A stretch of DNA of 63,413 nt, the filler included, from Stramenopiles sp. TOSAG23-2 (Eukaryota), in assembly GCA_900128395.1 (NCBI GenBank). It is 4 parts of 4 records of this genome, joined end to end, with 100 filler letters (N's around TTAATTAATTAA, not from the genome) between each part and the next. Parts side by side here need not be neighbours in the genome. Positions count along the whole stretch, not along the records: positions 47,713 to 63,413 come from LT649698.1; 3 more parts are not named here. One strand, given 5' to 3'. Positions 55,462 through 63,413 of this stretch are shown piece after piece. Positions within the stretch are counted from its first letter, which is position 1. Every line of letters begins with the position of its first letter. Made by a program: the position numbers and the translations under genes. Under the pieces are notes generated by a model. It was not told the origin of the DNA, searched no databases, and saw only the letters and a program-made list of their open reading frames with translations.

Positions 55462-57116
55462 TGTTTTATTTATTGTAATTTATATGTATGTCTATATATT
55501 GCGTCTATGTATTCGTATATATATATATATATATATCTCCTAACTTAGATAAAAATTGATTGTTTTAAATATTACTTACAAATCTTACTTTTTTTCTTTT
55601 GCTTCTTTTGGATATAGACTTATGTATATATCTATTATGATACAACTTATATAATACCAGACCTGAATGATACTAATATTAATATTATAGTATAATACTA
55701 TTATTACACTGGTACACTCTCTGCACTGTAAAAAGGCACTATTAATACTATTTATAAGAAGAAAAAAAGAAGAAGAAGATTTAGATGCATTCTGTGGCAT
55801 TCGAGTCGAGAGGCGGCACAGAAGTATTGGCGGCTGTAAATTTTAATAATGCTATTTCCATGTAAAAATACAAGTGCGTGCATATTTTATAGATGCAACA
55901 TGTATGTACTACCAATAATCTAAAAATATTGAAGATCTTTATTTGCCTTAATTAGAGTAATTACCAGCTAACCTGGCTTATCTAATACGGCATGGGAATA
56001 TCATTGGATTCCCAGATTCCTCATTTTGACCCAACTCTATTCACATTCACAACAAAAAAACACCACACCAGAAATGTGTACACGTCCGACAAATGATTAA
56101 ACATAGAAGATGTACATTTATAATAATAATAAGAGAACAAATATATAATAGTTATTTCCTATAATTGGAGTAATAGAATATATCAAAATTATTTACGAAA
56201 ATACACAGGATAAACACACTTATATATACATACATACATATATATATTTATTTAAAATCTAAATAAAATAAATTATAATAATAACAAGGATTTTAAATGG
56301 CAAATACGCATATTTTATGGATTGACGACCATTATGTATATGATAATGTATGTAATATTTAAATATTTTTCCTATGTTTATATTTTAATAAATGAATATT
56401 TAAATCATTTTTTATTATGAGATGTTAACTTCCGGGAGTAACAGAAATATATATAATACTTCGTATATGAGTAAGAGAAACAATATATATATTTATATTC
56501 GTATTACGGTTCGTGTATGATATGATATTATAAAAATGTTTCTTTTTGTAACTTTTTAAAAAATAATTTTTTATTATATTGTGTTCTCTATTTTTTATTA
56601 AAAAATTAGACTCTATATATGCTGTATAATAAATGGATATGAAATATAGCGTGATATAGCCACACGTTCTTTCTTCTTCTGATGCTGGCCCGCTGGCCAG
56701 CCTTATTTTAATATATATATATAATAGTCTTCCAGGGAAAACGTAGATTTGGACCTGAGAGATCTTTAAAATACCAGCCGGCCAGGTATTAATATTATAA
56801 TAATTTTAAATAAAATTGTGATTGTTGTGTAAGAATGTACCTATGACTTAATCGTCTATTATAAATAATAATAATAATAACACATAATATTATTATTTAT
56901 TATTATTTATAACGTCTGCTGGGTGGTGTGTTTGATTACACTGTTAATACTTATACGATAAATGCAAACAAGAAATCATTTATATCGTATACCTATGTAA
57001 CGCCTATGCAACATTGCCAGTTCACATACGTCGCTCTCTCTCTATATATGTATACATATTTAAATGTTTCATATAGGAAACAAAGTTTTTTGACAAATAT
57101 TTAATTACTTAAAAGT

Positions 57117-57869
57117 ATGCTGAATAGTAAATACAATGTAAAACAAAAAGGTGGCTCATCAGAACGGGTTGAAAAAATTGTATATGGTCTTTTGAAAAAG
57201 AATGTAAAATTATTAGCACTAGACTTTGATCAAACTTTAGTAGACATATTCATGAGTACATATCAAAGTAGTCCTAGCTTGATTGCTCAACATATTCGTC
57301 CAGTTTTTGTTTCATTAATAAATGCATGTATGGCAAAAAATATAGTTGTAGCAATAGTAACTTTTTCCTCCAATACTGAGTTAATTGCAAAAGCAATGGA
57401 AACAAAGCTGGATATTTGTATATCTCCAGAATATGGTAGACTAAAACGAGATGAAATTTTATTGCGTGGCCTGGATGATACCTGGTCCAAACCAAATAGT
57501 CAAGTGTTGCCAAATTGTTGGCAAAACGTACAATTAAATGGAAAGTTAGGGCATATAGCAGCGATTGTACGACAACTAAATACAAAAGGGACTTATTTTT
57601 CTCCACGAGGTTTTCTCGTCCGACCATCAGAAATACTATATTTTGACGATGATTTAAATAATTGCGAATATAGCATTAAAGCAGAAATATGTACAGCCGC
57701 TATTCCATTATGTGAAAGGAATGATTTAAATAATATTATATTAGAAGATTTAGAAGATTATTATTTACGAAATGAAAATTTTAAAAGATTAACAGTAGGA
57801 TATGCAAGAACTGTAGCTATTGGCACAGGTACATTTTCTTCCTGTGCTGGTAGCTGTAATATATTGTGA
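57117..57869 (+). CDS. HAD-superfamily phosphatase with a C-terminal CaaX prenylation motif
   Basis: LLALDFDQTL (motif I), IVTFS (II), GKLGH (III), LYFDDD..N (IV); ends CAGSCNIL-stop. Confidence 0.82.
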   Translation: MLNSKYNVKQKGGSSERVEKIVYGLLKKNVKLLALDFDQTLVDIFMSTYQSSPSLIAQHIRPVFVSLINACMAKNIVVAIVTFSSNTELIAKAMETKLDICISPEYGRLKRDEILLRGLDDTWSKPNSQVLPNCWQNVQLNGKLGHIAAIVRQLNTKGTYFSPRGFLVRPSEILYFDDDLNNCEYSIKAEICTAAIPLCERNDLNNIILEDLEDYYLRNENFKRLTVGYARTVAIGTGTFSSCAGSCNIL

Positions 57870-57938
57870 TATATTTAAATTGTTGTTTCACGAAAGTACG
57901 AAAAGTTCGTATATCAGTACGCGTATTTTGAATATATA

Positions 57939-60143
57939 TTATTTTACATCCTCGTCGACATCATCAGATGAAACTATATCTGTTTCATCTTCATCGCTAT
58001 CATCAAATCCCCCGTATATATCATCCTCATCTTCATCCTTCTCCTTAGATTCATCTTCCTCACTACTATCATCAAGTTCTGCTAATGCAGCATTTAATGC
58101 ATCATCTGCACCAGAATTAAGTGCATCCAGTTTTTCTTGTTCGAGTCTCAATGCTCTTTCTTCCTCTGTTTCCTCTTCTTCATTTATTTCTTCCTTAACA
58201 TATTCATTTGAAATAATTTTCTCATCACCATCTCCTGTAGGTTTTATGATGTATTTTTTAACTTTAGTAGTATAGCAATAGCAAGGGCAACAACCATGTA
58301 GTTCATGCTCTGGAGTGTCATAATATTTTCTCATAGTATGAAAACTTTTTATCATGAGAAGTATCATCATAATATTACAAAAATATGCTAATACTATCAG
58401 GTCGCCTAATGCGCTTGATTGATAACGTTTTACATGTTGTGAATATTCGGCCATACCAGGCAATATTGGTTCCTTCAATCCACCTGCCATTCGAACCCCA
58501 TCAGGAGTTTTATCTTCTGTAACAATCACTGTACCATGTGCATCAACCGGGCCTTTTGGTAAGCCCACTTCAAACAACCCCCAGCTGTAAGTCATAGCAA
58601 GAAGTTCCCCAAGACGTGCACAATAATATAAAGTTGGAGATACGAAACCATTATGTCTTGTGCGTCCCAATAAGGTATCGAAATAAAAAAATACCAAAAA
58701 TACGATGCCAAATAAATAGCGAGAGAAGAAAGCAAACACGCTAGTACATGTGCATTTAAATCTATCCCCACCTAAGTACCAACCATTTAAAAACAAAGTG
58801 TAAAACATCAAGACAAAAATAACGCCAGCATCAAGGGCTAAAATGTAAAATACGACTTCTTCACCATACACTATCATCGTTATAACTATTGGGAAAAGCC
58901 GGGCTAGTATTTCAAATACCCTGTATGCACCTATCAACGGCACTACCCGGGTTTGCACTGAAAAATTCACTGCAGTGCTCAAATCTATAGTGATGCGTTT
59001 TACAACCCATGCCTGATTTCGCTCCCATAAAAATCCAAAAGCAGCAACGCAACATAAATTACAAAAAATAGACATAAACAGAAATGTTTGTCCAAAACCA
59101 AGGCCGCTTGCAAATCCTAAATAAAATTCTAATATCAGAAATGGAATTGCTTGAAAAATGACGTTTGTTGTCATTAACAATGAAAAACCATAAAATTCTT
59201 GTTTGCATTTCATGACTTCTATCGTTTCTGGTAAAATTTCTATACGGAAAATACTTAGCAATAAAATAATATAAAAGGGCCATTCTTGCCGAAAATTATC
59301 CCCATCACCTTTTTTCGTACTTAGCCGTATATCTCCTAAATGTTCACATTGATTTTCCCAACCCCATTTTGACATAAAATATGCAACGATAAATTGTATG
59401 CCTGCACTCCAATACAATATGTATGCAGCGTAATCGGCATGGTTGCGCGATGGTGGCCTTCCATCATCCCCACCTGATATAATAGGACCATAATTTTTAC
59501 CATCTTCATACGGATTACCATTTTTTTCTTGCATAGTTTTATAACCTTTTGCTTCAAAGTCATCATCAAACTGTCTCTCTCCTATTACCGGTCGGTTTGG
59601 AATATACGGCTCAAAGAATTTTGTTCCGGAAGTTTGAAGACTTTTCATCAATCTATTCAAAGCCATTTGAGGTGATAGTCTTCCCCAAATATATGGCTTG
59701 AAAAACTTTATACTCATTTCTATTTCTCCAACTTGTCTAACAACATTATTGGTCATCACAACCTCTGTAATAATGTCCATATTGACATAAACATCTTCTG
59801 GATAAACGTCTAAGAAATAATAAAGCTGTTGCGTAATAGCAACTGCTACATTTTCACTTTCGTATGCAAGTTCTTTATATTCCATTGTATATTTTACCTC
59901 CAGTGATCTCATTTCGCGTTGAGAGCGTGGACAATCTTTGTCTGTCTGATAGCAAGGATCATACCAGTCTGGCGAAACATCAACGTTACTTATTTTTTCG
60001 TGAGCATTCCATTTCGAAGAACTTTCAATTGCTATTAATACTGTAATATTTAATATTGATGCCATTACATAGCAGAATGCAATGCAACCAATCCAAGTAT
60101 GCTCCGGTCCCTTGAGAGGGAGATTTCTTACTGTATAAACCAT
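57939..60143 (-). CDS. Multi-pass membrane protein, XK-related (Xkr)-like, with an acidic tail
   Basis: Many hydrophobic helices; FQAIPFLILEFY and YRVFEILARL resemble Xkr E-x-x-PQ-x-x-LQ and R-x-x-E-x-x-x-R motifs. Confidence 0.5.
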   Translation of the reverse strand: MVYTVRNLPLKGPEHTWIGCIAFCYVMASILNITVLIAIESSSKWNAHEKISNVDVSPDWYDPCYQTDKDCPRSQREMRSLEVKYTMEYKELAYESENVAVAITQQLYYFLDVYPEDVYVNMDIITEVVMTNNVVRQVGEIEMSIKFFKPYIWGRLSPQMALNRLMKSLQTSGTKFFEPYIPNRPVIGERQFDDDFEAKGYKTMQEKNGNPYEDGKNYGPIISGGDDGRPPSRNHADYAAYILYWSAGIQFIVAYFMSKWGWENQCEHLGDIRLSTKKGDGDNFRQEWPFYIILLLSIFRIEILPETIEVMKCKQEFYGFSLLMTTNVIFQAIPFLILEFYLGFASGLGFGQTFLFMSIFCNLCCVAAFGFLWERNQAWVVKRITIDLSTAVNFSVQTRVVPLIGAYRVFEILARLFPIVITMIVYGEEVVFYILALDAGVIFVLMFYTLFLNGWYLGGDRFKCTCTSVFAFFSRYLFGIVFLVFFYFDTLLGRTRHNGFVSPTLYYCARLGELLAMTYSWGLFEVGLPKGPVDAHGTVIVTEDKTPDGVRMAGGLKEPILPGMAEYSQHVKRYQSSALGDLIVLAYFCNIMMILLMIKSFHTMRKYYDTPEHELHGCCPCYCYTTKVKKYIIKPTGDGDEKIISNEYVKEEINEEEETEEERALRLEQEKLDALNSGADDALNAALAELDDSSEEDESKEKDEDEDDIYGGFDDSDEDETDIVSSDDVDEDVK

Positions 60144-60501
60144 GATTGAGGACGCAAAACTTTAGACAATTGAGATAAGGAATGTGTATTGTATGTATAT
60201 ATATATATGTATATTATACATGCATAAGTAAAAATTTAGTTCATTAGTCCAGGTACCACAGGTATATATAGTTGTTGTATTATATTCCAGGTTTTTTTTT
60301 TGCTATTGATTTTTAATAATAATAACGTCAAAAAATTCTCTTAAAAAGGCTGTTCGCTGTGTTGGTGTAATATTAGACGGCAATGCTGTGTCCATGCTAT
60401 TTAAGGTAATTTTATATATTTATATATATACCAAAAATTACCCTTTATAGGTAATATTGTGTAGGCAACAATGGTGAAGCAATTCGCCACATACACGATC
60501 C

Positions 60502-60574
60502 GGGGGTCTAGCTCAAATGGTAGAGCGCACGCTTAGCATGCGTGAGGCAGCGGGATCAATGCCCGCGTCCTCCA
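60502..60574 (+). tRNA. tRNA-Ala (anticodon AGC)
   Basis: Cloverleaf: GGGGGTC/GTCCTCC acceptor with G3:U70, GCTC/GAGC D-stem, CACGC-TTAGCAT-GCGTG anticodon arm, GCGGG/CCCGC T-stem, discriminator A; downstream T-runs. Confidence 0.95.
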
Positions 60575-60934
60575 AACGAATTATCTTCGTCATTCTTTGT
60601 TTTTTCTTTTTTTGTTGAACCTTTTTTTTTGCCTTTTCCTGTAATGCAATGGTTAAGTTATACGCTTCATGATCTGTGAGATGTGTCAATATGTATGTCA
60701 AATTGGACATGTAGAAGTGTTGAGAAAGTTGGAGGAACTACCCTGCAATCTCTAAATGATAATTGGATGATGTTTACGTGAGAGAGAATCGTAAGTGATT
60801 ATAAAAACACTATTGTACAGTCAATTTTACACCTTACAAATTTATATATATATATTATACTACGTGGAACATCTCCTCTTTGTCTTCTCTGCATTATTTT
60901 GTATTTTTGAGAAGACGTGTACACAATTTGTATT

Positions 60935-61537
60935 TTACTTCTTTTTCTTCAATTCCGCGTCATCAACAGCAACAACATCATCTAAAAAATTATCTGGTAT
61001 TTCGGTTGGCTTATCATCAGTAATATCTTCGAAATCTTCATCTGCATAATGGGGCCATCCCCAATTATATCCTGTACGCTTACTAACTTTTCTCCTTGGT
61101 TTTGGATTTTCACAAAACATGCATAAACGATGTCGCTCTTTCGGCGCACCACAATTGCGACAAGTTATGATATGTTTCATAGGTTTTAAATTTCTTTTCA
61201 TAGCATTTTTTATACGTTTTTTTGATTTCGAGATTTTACTTTTTGGAACAGCAAATAATAAAGGACCAAATTTAGAAAAAATGTCCTCGATATTATTATC
61301 ATTATCGTCCTGTAATTTATTGTTTTGGTTTGTCAAAGCATTGTAATTATCGAATCCAGCAAGTTGTAAACCGAAATGATATGATGGTGATGATGATGGT
61401 ACTATTGGATTCTTCGTTGTTGTTATATTATTTATGATTTCTTCGATATTATTAATATTATTTTTTATTATTAATTGTATATCGACACTTGCAATACGTT
61501 GTTTATATTTTACATTGTGCAATATTGATTTCCACAT
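60935..61537 (-). CDS. MRPL32: Mitochondrial ribosomal protein bL32m precursor
   Basis: AVPKSKISKSKKR...CRNCG..KERHRLCMFC after a long presequence. Confidence 0.9.
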   Translation of the reverse strand: MWKSILHNVKYKQRIASVDIQLIIKNNINNIEEIINNITTTKNPIVPSSSPSYHFGLQLAGFDNYNALTNQNNKLQDDNDNNIEDIFSKFGPLLFAVPKSKISKSKKRIKNAMKRNLKPMKHIITCRNCGAPKERHRLCMFCENPKPRRKVSKRTGYNWGWPHYADEDFEDITDDKPTEIPDNFLDDVVAVDDAELKKKK

Positions 61538-62078
61538 CTTTCGTATTTTTGTAACTACTAACTACTTTTACAACGTTATTCGCTGCCCATACTCACACGT
61601 ATTTTCCCTTCTGTTATATTTTGTTTCAATATCTTCCGTTTATGTTGTATACGTATACGTTTATATTTAAAATAATTATTCAATTCATTATTTGTTCGGT
61701 GGTGCATCGTTGCCATCATCATTTATTATTTTTTATAGATGAGGTTTTTGACACTTTGTATGTTACTATATAGTAGCTAGAGCTATGCTAATATTATACC
61801 AGTAATTTCCATATTCTTTTCTTGTACTTAAAAAACGCGATTGAATTTTTTGTTATACGTGCATACCTTAACCTGGTACCTGTGGTATATATATATATAC
61901 AAAAAGCAAAACTAAAAAAAAACTTCATATTATTAGATAGAAAAAAATATATTATTCTGTAATCATTTTGTGTATACCAAACAAAGGACGTTTAGAAGGG
62001 AATGCATATATAATAATAAATGTGTATTACCAAACAAAAGGCATAGAAGGTAGGCAAGCTAATAAATACTCCAGAAAA

Positions 62079-63158
62079 ATGAGGCGAGTATATGTACCAA
62101 AATATTTTAAACCATTTCTTCCCAATAAACGGTTGAAAGGTAACGATACAACATTGGATCTATTTGATTATGGAAAAATACCACCACCAATTTTATGTAT
62201 AATAGTAGATATGATTCCAGAAGATTTTGATACACTATATAATTTTAGTCAAACATGTCGAATGAATGCATGTTTAAGTATACGAAAAATAAATACATTC
62301 AGACGTAATTTTAAACAGCAGAAGCTCAAACACGCGTTTAAATTTCGAAATGAAATGGTTGCATTGTATAGTCCGGGTCCTGGTCTACCACTTATAAGAT
62401 GTCTGGTAACGTTGTTGCACGAGAAAAAACATGAAGATGTTGACGAGAAGCTAGTTACTAGAGAAGTAGCAAATGCGAAAAAAATGATTAGAATGTCTGA
62501 TGTCTTCGATGTTAATGCTACATACGCGCAAAATGATACTGATTGTGACAGTAACGACTATTTTTTTGGCGATCAATTTGCACCGCTACATTTTGCTATG
62601 TGTGCTGAAGAAGAGGATTTAGTTGAAATGCTGCTTGAACATCCAATGCTTGATCTTACAAACTTTGATTCAGCAGTAATGTGGTCTCATCTTTTAGAAT
62701 TTTCTTCTGAAAAATATGCTTTACAATGTATACAAAAGCTTTCAAAACGAACCGAAATTAATGTTTATGTAAGAAAAAAACAATTCCTTGATAATCGTCA
62801 AGTCAATATGTTTCATCTTGCTTTAATACTTCGTCGTTTTAATATAATAAAATGGGTGATTGAACATCCTAGTTTTTGTGTATTGGGTTCTTTAGAAGAT
62901 AAGGCCTTTAATTTCGATTTTTTAATAAATAATATGTATAGATCAGCTATGGAAGATGAAGAAGCAGGTCTAATTATTAGGAATGAGGGTGTAAGTCCAG
63001 ATTTAGACGCGGATAACATGGACCCAGAAGAATTATTGGCTTCTTTTCACGCTAATCCAGAAATACTAACTGTCCGTGATTGGGCAGTTTTTATCGGTAA
63101 TAATGATATGGTCGAATATATAGATAAAGCAATACATTTTGCACGTAATCCTTTCTAA
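62079..63158 (+). CDS. F-box-like plus ankyrin-like repeat protein
   Basis: IPPPILCIIVDMI..DTLYNFSQTCR (F-box-like); APLHFAM and NMFHLAL (ankyrin-like). ATG at 62079. Confidence 0.55.
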   Translation: MRRVYVPKYFKPFLPNKRLKGNDTTLDLFDYGKIPPPILCIIVDMIPEDFDTLYNFSQTCRMNACLSIRKINTFRRNFKQQKLKHAFKFRNEMVALYSPGPGLPLIRCLVTLLHEKKHEDVDEKLVTREVANAKKMIRMSDVFDVNATYAQNDTDCDSNDYFFGDQFAPLHFAMCAEEEDLVEMLLEHPMLDLTNFDSAVMWSHLLEFSSEKYALQCIQKLSKRTEINVYVRKKQFLDNRQVNMFHLALILRRFNIIKWVIEHPSFCVLGSLEDKAFNFDFLINNMYRSAMEDEEAGLIIRNEGVSPDLDADNMDPEELLASFHANPEILTVRDWAVFIGNNDMVEYIDKAIHFARNPF

Positions 63159-63413
63159 TTGAAATCATGGATTTATAGTTTTGCGATATATATATATATA
63201 TATATATATGATTTGTTGTTTTAGCACAACAAAACTCCTACGAGAATTATATACTACTATGTATGACGTTTTGGTTTTAGCGACTTAGTAAATCATTTAT
63301 GGCATCTTGATATTAGCTGCGTACGAAGTGCGTGTAAATCACTATATGTGTCTATAATACATTTTATAAATATTTTATTTTATTCTATTCTATATTATTT
63401 ATTGAATTTTTTT

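Noticed and set aside
60513..60710. 65-aa minus-strand ORF
   Set aside because: Antisense to the tRNA-Ala gene and its poly-T terminator.

Overview
AT-rich, gene-dense, intron-poor eukaryotic nuclear DNA, probably from a heterotrophic protist (possibly a stramenopile; this is inference from gene content). The window is not one locus. It is four contigs (1-15887, 15988-31758, 31859-47612, 47713-63413; 15887, 15771, 15754 and 15701 bp, in descending size) joined by artificial N44-TTAATTAATTAA-N44 linkers. Recognisable genes: class I-like PI3K (partial), a PX protein, an EF-hand/CNBD K+ channel, plant-type FKBP12, an RHL1 (topoisomerase VI accessory) homolog, ABCB10-like transporter, DusA, cyclophilin, an HNH protein, an IPT/RCC1 protein, lipocalin, METTL24-like, PDX2, ankyrin proteins, a BNR-repeat propeller, a ZnF/Tudor/chromo protein, a C2 protein, a prenylated HAD phosphatase, an XK-like protein, tRNA-Ala(AGC) and mitochondrial bL32. 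Most interesting: (1) a modular, hairpin-forming repeat family sitting downstream of gene 3' ends on at least two contigs; (2) a TACCTGGTA motif upstream of genes on all four contigs; (3) a candidate deubiquitinase-like cysteine protease with eroded zinc fingers; (4) a protein with five unannotated ~43-aa repeats; (5) a TA-flanked TIR transposon relic. Eight ~99-122 bp tandem duplications are mostly probable assembly artefacts, and one of them splits a gene. No database searches were run; family calls rest on motifs I recognise.
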